From an uncultured Gammaproteobacteria bacterium (GTDB taxonomy: Bacteria > Pseudomonadota > Gammaproteobacteria > JAADHQ01), in NCBI GenBank assembly GCA_947258655.1, contig CAMYJD010000021.1:8476-72475 (forward strand): a stretch of 64,000 nucleotides of DNA, written 5' to 3'. A program made the translations under genes and the position numbers. Shown one piece after another: positions 27,838 to 38,241 of the stretch (positions are counted from its first letter, which is position 1; each line of letters starts with the position of its first letter). A model generated the notes under the pieces. It was not told the DNA's origin. It worked only from the letters and a program-made list of their open reading frames with translations, and did no database searches.

Positions 27838-29409
27838 TTAACGAACGAGGTCGTAGTTGTAGTCAGTAGTACCCATACCACGCGTTTCTTCATCCAGCCG
27901 TTCAAGCACTGAATTCACCAGAGTTTTGAGGATATGTATAGCACCCTCGTATCCCAGTGTTGTATCACGATGTAAATGGTGACGATCGAAGATCGGGAAA
28001 CCTATTCGGATCAGCGGGACCTCATGCTCTTTACCCTTGGTGACAGTGTCACGCTGGATAAATTTTCCGTAGGAATTTCCAATCATAAAGTCCGGCTTAT
28101 TGGTGAATACCAGTGAACGCATGTGCCACAGATCCTTGCTGATATGCACTTCACAGTTCTCACCAAACGGTGAAGCATCAAGAATCGCCTGCACAGCTTT
28201 TTTCCAGCGTTTGTTGGCATGGTTACACAGGATATGAGTTGGCTCTGCACCCAGTTCCAGCAGGAATTTGGTCATACCCATGACGAAGTCGGCATCACCC
28301 CAGAGTGCAAACTTCTTGCCGTGCAGCCAGGCGTGGCTGTCAGTAATCATATCCACAAGACGACCGCGTTCTTTCTCAAGACTGGCTGGAATAGGCTTGC
28401 CAGTCAGCTCAGAAACCTGCATAAGGAACTTGTCTGTCCACTCCAGACCCATCGGAATGTCAATATTGCTCGCTGGCTGATTCCAGGTGTTCTTAACAAA
28501 TTTCTTGGTTTTTGCAGACTGCCATGGCTGAAGCATCAGCGTATCGATAGCATTCGGCGCATCCTTGACTTCGTCCTGCGTAGTACCGCCAGCGTACATA
28601 CGAAATTCACCATCTGCTGGTGTATCCAGCACTTCGGTTGGATCAGACAGGAAGGTATAGTCTACATCCATTTCCTTTAGCATACGCTGTATAACACGGA
28701 AATTACCCAGGTAGGTTTCAAAGCCGGGAACAATATTGATCTTGCCATTACTGCCCACTTCCTTGTCTTCCATGTAGTTCAAGGTAAAATAACGCAGGAT
28801 ACCTTCAAACATGTTGTCCCAACCGGTAGTATGGGAGCCAACAAAACTTGGGGTATGTGCAAACGGAACAGGATAATCGTCCGGAATATGCCCTTCCTTG
28901 CGCGAGTTACCAATAAAGGCATTCAGGTCATCGCCGATAACTTCCGCCATACAGGTCGTGGATACAGCAATCATTTCCGGCTTATACATAGCCTTGCAAT
29001 TTTCCAGACCATCATACATGTTTTTCTGACCACCAAAAACCGCTGCATCCTCTGTCATGGAATCAGACACACAGGCTATCGGCTCCTTGAAATGGCGATT
29101 GAAATAAGTACGAAAGTACGCTACACAGCCTTGCGAACCATGTACATAGGGCATGGTTTTTTCAAATCCAAGTGCACACAATACAGCGCCCAATGGCTGA
29201 CAGGCCTTGGCCGGGTTTACGGTCAGGGATGTACGCTGGAAATTGAGCTCTTTGTACTCTTCTGATGTTGTCCACTCAAAGACTTCATTGATCTTGTCCT
29301 GCGTGAAACACTCTTCATAGTTTTCTTTCTTACGTGCGAGATTGTCCTTGTATTCCTGATCACGGAATAAAGGATAACTGGCTTTTATATCTTCAACTTT
29401 CTGGCTCAT
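27838..29409 (-). CDS. nifK: Nitrogenase MoFe protein beta subunit NifK
   Basis: 523 aa. NP.KACQPLGA..A.LG......YVHGSQGCVAY and other NifK motifs. Confidence 0.97.
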   Translation of the reverse strand: MSQKVEDIKASYPLFRDQEYKDNLARKKENYEECFTQDKINEVFEWTTSEEYKELNFQRTSLTVNPAKACQPLGAVLCALGFEKTMPYVHGSQGCVAYFRTYFNRHFKEPIACVSDSMTEDAAVFGGQKNMYDGLENCKAMYKPEMIAVSTTCMAEVIGDDLNAFIGNSRKEGHIPDDYPVPFAHTPSFVGSHTTGWDNMFEGILRYFTLNYMEDKEVGSNGKINIVPGFETYLGNFRVIQRMLKEMDVDYTFLSDPTEVLDTPADGEFRMYAGGTTQDEVKDAPNAIDTLMLQPWQSAKTKKFVKNTWNQPASNIDIPMGLEWTDKFLMQVSELTGKPIPASLEKERGRLVDMITDSHAWLHGKKFALWGDADFVMGMTKFLLELGAEPTHILCNHANKRWKKAVQAILDASPFGENCEVHISKDLWHMRSLVFTNKPDFMIGNSYGKFIQRDTVTKGKEHEVPLIRIGFPIFDRHHLHRDTTLGYEGAIHILKTLVNSVLERLDEETRGMGTTDYNYDLVR

Positions 29410-29460
29410 GATCTTCTCCTCAACGCGCCACTAATCTGTGAACAAACGTAATGGAATAAG

Positions 29461-29488
29461 GGAAGGCCTCAGGCCAATGAGGCCTTCC
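29461..29488 (-). promoter_or_regulatory. 11-bp intercistronic hairpin just after the nifD stop
   Basis: GGAAGGCCTCA-ggccaa-TGAGGCCTTCC perfect stem, with no U-tract. Likely an mRNA stabiliser or processing element. Confidence 0.5.
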
Positions 29489-29497
29489 ACGAACGGT

Positions 29498-30979
29498 TTA
29501 TGCGCTAGCTGCCACTTCCTCAGCCGCCTCGGAATCTTTCTTCCAGGGAGCCTGAAGCATGTTCCAGCAAGGGTTATTCAGGGTCATATCCATATCCCTG
29601 GCAAAAATGGCAAAACCATCATAGCCATGATAAGGACCGGAATAATCCCATGAATGCATTTGTCTGAAAGGAATACCCATCTTCTGGAAGATGTATTTTT
29701 CCTTGATACCGGAACCGATCAGGTCGGGCTTGATCTTCTTGACGAATTCCTCAAACTCAAGACCCGTTACATCATCATAGATCAGGGTAGCATTACCCAT
29801 TTCCTTGATGGTACGATCATAGTCATCATTGTGCGCAAACTCATAACCGGTACCAACCACTTCCATACCCAGATCTTCATACGCACCTATGACATGACGT
29901 GGGCGTAAGCCGCCAACGTACAGCATGACACGCTTGCCTTCCAGACGAGGACGATACTTGGCAATAACCGCTTCATATTCTGCCTGGTAACGCTTAATTA
30001 CGCGCTCGGCACCTTCCTTGATTGTGTCATCAAAGTAGGAAGCAATCTTACGCAGGCTTTCAGCGATCTTGGTTGGACCAAAGAAGTTATATTCAACCCA
30101 TGGAATACCATACTTCTCTTCCATATGACGTGAGATATAATTCATGGAGCGATAGCAATGTAACAGGTTGAGCTTGACCTTGGGTGTCAACTCGATTTCT
30201 GATATCGTACCATCACCAGACCACTGCGCTACTACACGCAGTCCCATTTCTTCTAGCAGCGTACGTGAAGACCATGCGTCACCACCGATGTTATAATCAC
30301 CAATAACCGCGACATCATAGGGTGTGGTTTCAAAACTGTCATCACCATCACGCTTATCCAGAGCCCAGTCTCGCACCGCATCATTCGCGATATGATGACC
30401 CAGGGACTGCGAAACACCACGAAAACCTTCGCAACGAACCGGCACGACAGTTTTGTCCAGTTCCTTGCTCTTTTTCTTGGCGACGGCTTCGATATCATCA
30501 CCTATCAGACCGATAGGGCATTCAGACTGTATAGTGACACCCTTGTTCAACGGGAACAGCTGATCAATTTCTGTAATCATCTTGTCCAGTTTCTTGTCAC
30601 CACCGAATACTATGTCCTTCTCCTGGAAGTCCGAGGTGAAATTCATGGTAACGAAGGTATTGACACCTGTAGTACCGATATAATAGTTACGACGACCCGC
30701 TCGCGAGTACTGACCACAACCAACCGGCCCATGGGAGATATGGATCATGTCCTTGATTGGACCCCATACCACACCCTTTGAACCCGCATAGGCACATCCG
30801 CGTATAGTCATTACACCAGGAAGTGATTTCCTGTTAGATGTAATGCATTTCTTGGATTGCTCAACGCTTTGATCGTTGATCGCCAGATGCTTTTCACGGT
30901 CTTTCTTTGCCTTTTCAGGATAGACTTCCAGCACCTCTTGTATGAGGGCTTCGGTCTCTTCTTTGCTAATAGTTGCCAT
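29498..30979 (-). CDS. nifD: Nitrogenase MoFe protein alpha subunit NifD
   Basis: 493 aa. [32 protein letters not shown] and the [10 protein letters not shown] region. Confidence 0.97.
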   Translation of the reverse strand: MATISKEETEALIQEVLEVYPEKAKKDREKHLAINDQSVEQSKKCITSNRKSLPGVMTIRGCAYAGSKGVVWGPIKDMIHISHGPVGCGQYSRAGRRNYYIGTTGVNTFVTMNFTSDFQEKDIVFGGDKKLDKMITEIDQLFPLNKGVTIQSECPIGLIGDDIEAVAKKKSKELDKTVVPVRCEGFRGVSQSLGHHIANDAVRDWALDKRDGDDSFETTPYDVAVIGDYNIGGDAWSSRTLLEEMGLRVVAQWSGDGTISEIELTPKVKLNLLHCYRSMNYISRHMEEKYGIPWVEYNFFGPTKIAESLRKIASYFDDTIKEGAERVIKRYQAEYEAVIAKYRPRLEGKRVMLYVGGLRPRHVIGAYEDLGMEVVGTGYEFAHNDDYDRTIKEMGNATLIYDDVTGLEFEEFVKKIKPDLIGSGIKEKYIFQKMGIPFRQMHSWDYSGPYHGYDGFAIFARDMDMTLNNPCWNMLQAPWKKDSEAAEEVAASA

Positions 30980-31114
30980 TGTCTTTCTCCAGTGTTGTCG
31001 CCACTAATCCGTGACAGACAGTTTCAGGAAAATGTCACAAGTCTTTTCAGGGACTCGTTTGTTAACGGGAAGTCCGAAGCGGATCTCCCGACGCCTACTG
31101 AATCGTAACCGGGA

Positions 31115-32001
<887 letters not shown>

Positions 32002-32058
32002 TTAAGGTGCGAATTGTTAATCTTTTTCGCGTGGAACATAAACTCTCATCCCCCATAT

Positions 32059-32074
32059 TGCAAGGCGCGTGCCA
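32059..32074 (-). promoter_or_regulatory. Sigma-54 promoter of nifHDK (TGGCAC-N5-TTGCA)
   Basis: Minus strand reads CTTGGCACGCGCCTTGCAAT, a perfect consensus. Confidence 0.85.
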
Positions 32075-32171
32075 AGCCTTGATTGTCAACATAAGCTACT
32101 GTTATTACAGATATAAATGTCTGGCATCACGAATAAAATATTGGTAGGATAATGAACAAAGCCTTACAGTC

Positions 32172-32187
32172 TGTATGAATACTCACA
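32172..32187. promoter_or_regulatory. NifA-type UAS of nifH
   Basis: TGTATGAATACTCACA, about 100 nt upstream of the -24 element. Confidence 0.65.
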
Positions 32188-32203
32188 AAAATAACTACGT
32201 CAT

Positions 32204-33025
32204 ATGATCACCACAGCACATCTGCCGAAAAGCGCCCGACTGCCGATTAATCGATGTAATCTCCCTGCTGTTATTCTCGGCAGTATCACCTTCCAGAGAC
32301 ATGCCAGTTGTCTTTATATTGATGCTGTCCACGAATTACATGCAAAACTGTTTAAACAACTCGATAAAGAAGATGATGTGGCTAGCCGTGTTGTGATATT
32401 CAGGGATTACATGACCGTGCATTTCAGATTACATCAACTCGAAGATGCCGGACTGGAAACAAACAGCAGTCAAGATCGTCCCAATGCCGATTACCTGCAT
32501 ACCATCCGTGGCTGGTTTTTCAATCCGGAAGGACGCGAAGCAGCTGCTTTAAAGGCCTGGGTAGAATCACGCTTTGGCTTGTTGGCCCGCTATCACAAGG
32601 GGGCTTTAGGCGATACCAATAGTGAGCACTATTTGCATTATCTTGATGAGAGTGCAAAAGCTTTATATTGTACCAATGCCCTGGAGTCACAACTTGATCT
32701 GTTATTCAGCTATTGCCAGTATGAACTGGCCGGTAACTACGAGCCTCGGAATGTATTGACCCTGTTCCGTGGCATTAACAGGCTGGAAGAACATGACATA
32801 CTGCAACGCCATTCCAAAAACAGCATAACCTTACTGCTTAATAATCTGAATTCATTTACGTCAGACAGGGAAAGAGCAGATGAATTTGGCGATTATTGCC
32901 TGCAAGTGGATATTCCCTGGCAAAAGCTTGTTTTTTATTCGGATCTGTTCCCGGGTTTGTTATCGGGCGAGAATGAATATCTCGTGCTGGGGGGTGTCTA
33001 TCAGGCGAATTTTTCATATTACTGA
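32204..33025 (+). CDS. draT: NAD+--dinitrogen-reductase ADP-ribosyltransferase DraT
   Basis: 273 aa. F.DYM.V.F; GWFFNPEGREAAALKAWVESRFGL matches the DraT core as I recall it from R. rubrum (NGPEGAVLKGWVESRFGL). Confidence 0.85.
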   Translation: MITTAHLPKSARLPINRCNLPAVILGSITFQRHASCLYIDAVHELHAKLFKQLDKEDDVASRVVIFRDYMTVHFRLHQLEDAGLETNSSQDRPNADYLHTIRGWFFNPEGREAAALKAWVESRFGLLARYHKGALGDTNSEHYLHYLDESAKALYCTNALESQLDLLFSYCQYELAGNYEPRNVLTLFRGINRLEEHDILQRHSKNSITLLLNNLNSFTSDRERADEFGDYCLQVDIPWQKLVFYSDLFPGLLSGENEYLVLGGVYQANFSYY

Positions 33026-33066
33026 CAATAGGCAATAACTAAAATCATTTCATGCCATGCAATCAT

Positions 33067-33082
33067 TGTCGGCTTTGGCACA
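33067..33082. promoter_or_regulatory. NifA-type UAS upstream of the SIR2-like gene
   Basis: TGTCGGCTTTGGCACA, 60-75 nt upstream of the -24 at 33142. Confidence 0.5.
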
Positions 33083-33141
33083 TTTGATTTCTAATGTCGT
33101 ATAAGTACTGGCACGCCTTCATGAATTCAACAGCTTAGAAG

Positions 33142-33157
33142 TGGCGCGGTTCTTGCT
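33142..33157 (+). promoter_or_regulatory. Sigma-54 promoter-like element (TGGCGC-N5-TTGCT)
   Basis: GTGGCGCGGTTCTTGCTA with GG-N10-GC spacing, 31 nt upstream of the ATG at 33188. Confidence 0.5.
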
Positions 33158-33187
33158 ACCGTACATTTATATATGGACTAGCAATCA

Positions 33188-34084
33188 ATGGTAACCGACA
33201 TGACACAAGCAAGTATGAATGAACTTCTCGACGGCATTAAATCCGGACAAATCGTCCCTTATATCGGACCGGGCATTCTCAGTGACGTAACTGACAAGGA
33301 AACCGGCGAAGCCATTCCGTTTGACAGCGACAGCCTGATCATCGCCATGAATGGTGGCAAACCCATGTCCGCCCGATTGATGTATGAGTTCCCGCGTGCT
33401 GCTATGGACCTGGAATTGAAAAAGGGACGTAGCTATGTCAGTCGGTTTCTGACGAAACTGTATACTGGAAGACCATGGACAAGGGCTGCCGTGCATGAAT
33501 TGCTTGCTGAGATAAAACCGCATTATGTTATCGATATCAATCGCGACACCCAGTTACAGGACAGCTATAGCAGCACTCCGCATAACCTGATTTTGGGTAT
33601 AGCCCGTATAGGTGGCACCGATTATCGATTCAGAATCTATTACTATGATGGTGAGAAATACACAGAGCTTGATCAGGCAGATGCGGATACCAGTCTGCCC
33701 ATCCTGTACAAACCCATGGGATCACCTGTTCCAGAGCCAACCTACATTGCATCTGATGCTGATTATGTTGACTACATTACCGAACTGATGGGTGGCTTTG
33801 CCATTCCCAGTTTCCTGAAAGAATATCGTAAACAGAAACAATACCTGTTTATGGGTGTCAGGATGACACGTGATACTGAACGTATGGTACTGTCAGATAT
33901 CATCTATGCAGCCAGCGAACCCAAGGGTTGGGTCTTGCTCCCTGAACCTACCGATAAAGAAAAACGCTTCTGCAAAAGACAGGGCATCGAAATTATCAGT
34001 GCTGATGTAGGCGATCTTTTACAGGCTGCTGGCATGAACTCCGCTGTGGATGCACAAGGAGATGCCATGCAGGTTGGCAGTTAA
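33188..34084 (+). CDS. SIR2-like (SIR2_2-type) domain protein
   Basis: 298 aa. The order of short motifs (VPYIGPGI; VIDINRDTQL; YKPMGS; ASDADYVDY; LFMGVRM.D) resembles the stand-alone SIR2_2 family (GAG.S / TTNYD / KLHGS / ...Y / FIGYS..D). Assignment is from pattern memory only. Confidence 0.55.
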   Translation: MVTDMTQASMNELLDGIKSGQIVPYIGPGILSDVTDKETGEAIPFDSDSLIIAMNGGKPMSARLMYEFPRAAMDLELKKGRSYVSRFLTKLYTGRPWTRAAVHELLAEIKPHYVIDINRDTQLQDSYSSTPHNLILGIARIGGTDYRFRIYYYDGEKYTELDQADADTSLPILYKPMGSPVPEPTYIASDADYVDYITELMGGFAIPSFLKEYRKQKQYLFMGVRMTRDTERMVLSDIIYAASEPKGWVLLPEPTDKEKRFCKRQGIEIISADVGDLLQAAGMNSAVDAQGDAMQVGS

Positions 34085-34124
34085 GCATCTGTGACCCGCT
34101 ATGGCAATTATCGTATTTTAGCGA

Positions 34125-34340
34125 ATGAAGTTCAGGCCCTGCATCAATCGTAACGCGTGCACAGAAGGTGGCACGCATTGTCATGCGTGTGGTCGCTCAC
34201 ATGACGAGATAGAAACAACGCGCCACCTGACAACTGAACTATCAAACTTTATAATTGATATGGATTATGAGAATATCGATGAATTTCTTGATTATCTTAA
34301 CAGAAAGATTATCAAAAAGACCAAACACGCGAAAACATAA
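34125..34340 (+). CDS. Small Cys-rich protein, DUF1289-like
   Basis: 71 aa. PC......C.....HC.ACGRSHDEI resembles the DUF1289 (YdhL-like) PC..VC.....C.GC.R..DEI motif. Confidence 0.4.
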   Translation: MKFRPCINRNACTEGGTHCHACGRSHDEIETTRHLTTELSNFIIDMDYENIDEFLDYLNRKIIKKTKHAKT

Positions 34341-34363
34341 ACATTAGTAAGGAGTAAACCGAA

Positions 34364-34948
34364 GTGGCTGTAGAATTACCCGAACTGCCTTATGCACTCG
34401 ATGCATTGGAGCCTCACATTTCGAGAGAGACACTGGAATACCATTACGGTAAACATCATAAGACCTATGTTGATAACCTGAACAAGCTGATTGAAGACAC
34501 TGAATTCGATAACAAACCCTTGGAAAGCATTGTCTGCGATAGCAATGATGGTATTTTTAATAATGCTGCACAGATCTGGAATCACTCCTTCTACTGGAAC
34601 TGCCTGAGCCCTTCAGGTGGCGGCGAACCGAAGAATACTCTTGCAGATAAAATTGCAGCAAGATTTGGTTCGTTTCAAGGATTTACTGATGAGTTCAGCA
34701 GAGCGGCTATCACAACTTTCGGTTCCGGCTGGGCATGGCTGGTGGAAACCGAAAATGGTGAACTCGATATTATCAGCACATCAAATGCGGGCACACCGAT
34801 TACATCAGGCTTGAATCCATTACTCACCTGCGATGTATGGGAGCATGCCTACTATATTGATTACCGCAATGCCCGACCCAGGTACCTGGAAGCCTACTGG
34901 AAACTGGTGAACTGGGATTTTGCGACCGGTAATTTAATAAATACGTAA
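34364..34948 (+). CDS. sodB: Iron superoxide dismutase
   Basis: 194 aa with a GTG start after [27 protein letters not shown] and [13 protein letters not shown]. Confidence 0.95.
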   Translation: MAVELPELPYALDALEPHISRETLEYHYGKHHKTYVDNLNKLIEDTEFDNKPLESIVCDSNDGIFNNAAQIWNHSFYWNCLSPSGGGEPKNTLADKIAARFGSFQGFTDEFSRAAITTFGSGWAWLVETENGELDIISTSNAGTPITSGLNPLLTCDVWEHAYYIDYRNARPRYLEAYWKLVNWDFATGNLINT

Positions 34949-35138
34949 ACAAGCGGGATGCCTGGTGGTGGTTGCCCTGTGTTACCACCCGGTCTTTCAA
35001 ATATATTATCCCTGAAAGAAAAAACGCTTTATTACATAAGGAATCTGATTAATTAGTCATTGCAAGGAAAAAAGGGCCATTCCCTAAGAATTAATCAGAG
35101 GTTCCATAACGTTTATCCAATAAAACAGAGATATTGAT

Positions 35139-35606
35139 ATGAATGCATACACTGGTGAAGTTATTAAACCGGAACTGATAAGCTGGTCTGACAAAGAGCA
35201 TTCGCTCAATGTTGACCGAATGGATGATACGCATAAAGAGTTTACAGATTTAATCAATAAACTTTATATTGCTCCTGATGAGGAATTCAGATACCTGTTT
35301 GACAAACTCTGCAATCACACAGAAAAGCATTTTTCGCAGGAAAACGAGCTAATGCTACAAACATCCTTTCCCGCCATAGCCGAGCATGTCGACGAGCACA
35401 GACGCATACTGGCGGAATTAAACCAGTTCAATAAACGTGTAAAGAAGGGTTTATATTCGTTCGGCCGTGCCTATATCAGGGATACTATTCCACAATGGTT
35501 CAGCCTGCATATTATCACCATGGACAGTGCCTTGGCTGCTCATTTGAAAAACAGGCAGTCTGCCGCACATAATCAGGCGGCTGCATCAACGCTTGAAATT
35601 ACCTGA
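35139..35606 (+). CDS. Hemerythrin-like (bacteriohemerythrin) protein
   Basis: 155 aa. D..H.E....IN.L; H...HF..EN.LM; H...H; W...HI...D metal-ligand pattern. Confidence 0.8.
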   Translation: MNAYTGEVIKPELISWSDKEHSLNVDRMDDTHKEFTDLINKLYIAPDEEFRYLFDKLCNHTEKHFSQENELMLQTSFPAIAEHVDEHRRILAELNQFNKRVKKGLYSFGRAYIRDTIPQWFSLHIITMDSALAAHLKNRQSAAHNQAAASTLEIT

Positions 35607-36703
35607 TCAGGATCCATATACGGGTAGCCCAGATCTTCCGCAACAGAGAGGTTGGTAACGTTGCCTCTAAATAAATTCAGACCTGCCCTCAGGCCCTCGT
35701 TATCCTTGATAGCACTGAACCATCCCTTCTCTGCCAGCTCTTCTATGTATGGCAGGGTTGCATTAGTGAGCGCAAGTGTTGAGGTTCGCGCGCATGCTCC
35801 TGGCATATTGGCCACACAATAATGAACGACACCATCGACCTCGTATACAGGTTCAGAGTGTGTCGTCGGCCTGGAAGTTTCTATACAGCCTCCCTGATCA
35901 ATGGCGACATCGACAATAACAGAGCCTTTTTTCATTTGTGCAAGCAGGTCACGTGATATCAGGAGTGGCGCCTGTTTACCCGCAATTAATACGGCGCCTA
36001 TGACCAGGTCTGCCTCGACTGCAAGCTCGGCAATGGCACTGGAGTCTGCATAACGTGTTCGTAATAGAGGCCCAAATACATCATCAAGATATCGCAGCCT
36101 ATCAATATTTTTATCAACCACTGTCACGTCAGCTCCAAGACCAATTGCCATCTTTGCCGACTGGGTGCCAACCACACCGCCCCCTATCACCAGGACTTTT
36201 GCTGCAGGCACACCAGGCACACCGCCCAGCAGGGTACCATTACCACCGTTTGCCATTTGCAGGGCTGTTGCTCCAGCCTGGATAGCGATTCGGCCAGCCA
36301 CCTCACTCATCGGCACCAATAAAGGAAGACGTCCCATACTATCGGTGACCGTTTCATAGGCAATCGCAATAACCTTCTGTTCAAGCAGTCGGCGCGTCTG
36401 TTCAGGATCCGGAGCGAGATGTAAATAAGTAAACAACAACTGGCCATCAGAAAGCAAAGGAAATTCTGAAGGCTGCGGTTCCTTGACCTTGACGATCATC
36501 GGACATTCATAAACCGCTACCGGGCTATCGGCCAGACTTGCACCTGCATCGGTATACATCTGGTCAGTAAAACCGATTTGTGCACCTGCACCAGACTCTA
36601 CAATAATCTGATGCCCCTTTTCGACCAGTGATTTAACACCCGCTGGCGTCATTCCTACCCTGTATTCATGGTTTTTGATTTCGCATGGCACGCCGATTTT
36701 CAT
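35573..36703 (-). CDS. ald: Alanine dehydrogenase
   Basis: 376 aa. MKIGVPCEIKNHEYRVGMTPAGV, VIGGGVVG NAD loop and VHYCVANMPGA. Confidence 0.95.
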   Translation of the reverse strand: MKIGVPCEIKNHEYRVGMTPAGVKSLVEKGHQIIVESGAGAQIGFTDQMYTDAGASLADSPVAVYECPMIVKVKEPQPSEFPLLSDGQLLFTYLHLAPDPEQTRRLLEQKVIAIAYETVTDSMGRLPLLVPMSEVAGRIAIQAGATALQMANGGNGTLLGGVPGVPAAKVLVIGGGVVGTQSAKMAIGLGADVTVVDKNIDRLRYLDDVFGPLLRTRYADSSAIAELAVEADLVIGAVLIAGKQAPLLISRDLLAQMKKGSVIVDVAIDQGGCIETSRPTTHSEPVYEVDGVVHYCVANMPGACARTSTLALTNATLPYIEELAEKGWFSAIKDNEGLRAGLNLFRGNVTNLSVAEDLGYPYMDPDQVISSVDAAA

Positions 36704-36723
36704 AATTCCGGACTCCTTGTAGA

Positions 36724-37707
36724 CTAGACAATATAAGTTACTGACAAATGTGAATCCATGGACAACTGCAGCAAGCTGTCAGCCTGCTCGCGACAATTGC
36801 GATTTACATCAGCATCTAGCGAATTCATCCATCTGTCAGGGATATTCTCCACACTGTAAAATGCACCAGCCAGCATTCCTGCGATAGCACCCGTCGTATC
36901 CGCATCACCGCCGCGATTAACAACATCGAGCAAAATATCCTCAAATGAATCATTGTAGAAAAAGGACTGCAATACCACTTGCATGGTATCTACGATATAT
37001 GCGCTCGGATTACCTATCTTGCGTTTTTGAAAATCGAATTGCGGGTGATGCTGGATAAAATCATCGACAATATCATTCAGTAATGATGGCTTGTCTGTAC
37101 CCAGCATGATACTTCTAAGCATACGTATCAGGCACTCTGAACCAGCATCTGAATCCTTATTGTTATGGGTTATATGGGCCTGTATTCGTGAGGCCTTGAT
37201 GGCATCTTGCTCATCACGCCATAATGTCGCCAGGGCAATGGCCAGACTTCGCATACAGGCACCGTTCCCTGCATCATATTCATTTTCAGGTACGCAGGTA
37301 TTCCCGGATGTTCGATAGTGTACAATCCCCCTGCGCACGGTATTTCCTATATCCACCGGCTTTCGCTTCATCCATTCACTAAAACCGATGGCAATCTCAT
37401 CGGCATTGATCCTGCCTGTTCGCAGGATCGAATCAGCCAGGGCAAATGTCATCGTCGTGTCATCAGTCACCTGCCCACGGGCAAGTTTCAACCAACCGCC
37501 ACCAACGATATTACGATGCACACCATACTGATGCCTGATTTCCTGAGGCGTAAGGAACTCTACAGTCGCACCTAGCGCATCACCCACAGCCAGACCCAGA
37601 TATGCGCCCTGCGCACGCTGACGAAGTTGTAAATCAATCACACTGACAGCTTGCACATTATCAGTCTTCTGGTCCGAAACATTCATTATATTCTGCACAG
37701 ACTTCAC
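36724..37707 (-). CDS. draG: ADP-ribosyl-[dinitrogen reductase] glycohydrolase DraG
   Basis: ADP-ribosylglycohydrolase fold (GLAVGDALGATVEF; GGDADTTGAIAGMLAGAFY). The start is ambiguous (ATG 37707/37686 or in-frame GTG 37656). The two ATG starts overlap the nifQ 3' end; the GTG lies just downstream of the nifQ stop. Confidence 0.85.
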   Translation of the reverse strand: MKSVQNIMNVSDQKTDNVQAVSVIDLQLRQRAQGAYLGLAVGDALGATVEFLTPQEIRHQYGVHRNIVGGGWLKLARGQVTDDTTMTFALADSILRTGRINADEIAIGFSEWMKRKPVDIGNTVRRGIVHYRTSGNTCVPENEYDAGNGACMRSLAIALATLWRDEQDAIKASRIQAHITHNNKDSDAGSECLIRMLRSIMLGTDKPSLLNDIVDDFIQHHPQFDFQKRKIGNPSAYIVDTMQVVLQSFFYNDSFEDILLDVVNRGGDADTTGAIAGMLAGAFYSVENIPDRWMNSLDADVNRNCREQADSLLQLSMDSHLSVTYIV

Positions 37708-38233
37708 ATGATGGAGAACGACAGGTATATATACCTTCTGTTATACACAATTGCTTATAAATGAACTTTTTCCATTTCATATCCTTGTCGTTCCTGGTCG
37801 CCAGTGCTGGATAATTACGCAGCAACAGTTCACTCAAATCCTTTCGTGACCACAGGCCCATGTCCTGCCACAGGTGATCCTGTCCCTGACATGCCAATGC
37901 AACCAGTTCTGCCATCCATGTCTCGGAATCCGATTCACCTTTACGATGAGTGAGCAATAACTGCTTTACTTCCTCACATTCATCCATCCTGACGGGATCG
38001 GAACGCAGCTCTGAACCTGACAGGCAGTCAACTTCAAACCCTGGAAAGTGAAATTCAAACAAGCCCAGATATTGGTCCTCCTGCAAACCCATCATTTCCG
38101 GTAATGCACCTATACCGGATTGCCAGCTTGCAATCATGCAAGCCAGCACTCCATCGTTTTCCCTGCCATGACTACACGCCATCAAGCGTGCATGGAGATC
38201 ATACATACCATTATGTGATACATTGACGTACAT
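37661..38233 (-). CDS. nifQ: NifQ (Mo processing for FeMo-co)
   Basis: 190 aa. C-terminal Cys-X4-Cys-X2-Cys-X5-Cys (CRSPSCEVCAEYNEC) and MKWKKF motif. Confidence 0.85.
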   Translation of the reverse strand: MYVNVSHNGMYDLHARLMACSHGRENDGVLACMIASWQSGIGALPEMMGLQEDQYLGLFEFHFPGFEVDCLSGSELRSDPVRMDECEEVKQLLLTHRKGESDSETWMAELVALACQGQDHLWQDMGLWSRKDLSELLLRNYPALATRNDKDMKWKKFIYKQLCITEGIYTCRSPSCEVCAEYNECFGPED

Positions 38234-38241
38234 GATTCGAT

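Noticed and set aside
20659-31108. Numerous 60-150-aa ORFs antisense to or out of frame within nifN, nifE, nifK, nifD and nifH (for example 21443-21871, 22175-22579, 28219-28680, 28831-29265, 30392-30781).
   Set aside because: They are shadow ORFs inside strongly supported genes, with no motifs or RBS. The same applies to similar ORFs inside rnfC/D, nifA/L, modB/C, the AAA+ gene and asnB.
35573-35606. 34-nt convergent overlap of the hemerythrin and ald coding regions, as a possible antisense regulatory arrangement.
   Set aside because: The hemerythrin C-terminal tail (..NRQSAAHNQAAASTLEIT) looks like unconserved read-through. The overlap is more simply explained by a late stop codon. It is noted only in passing.
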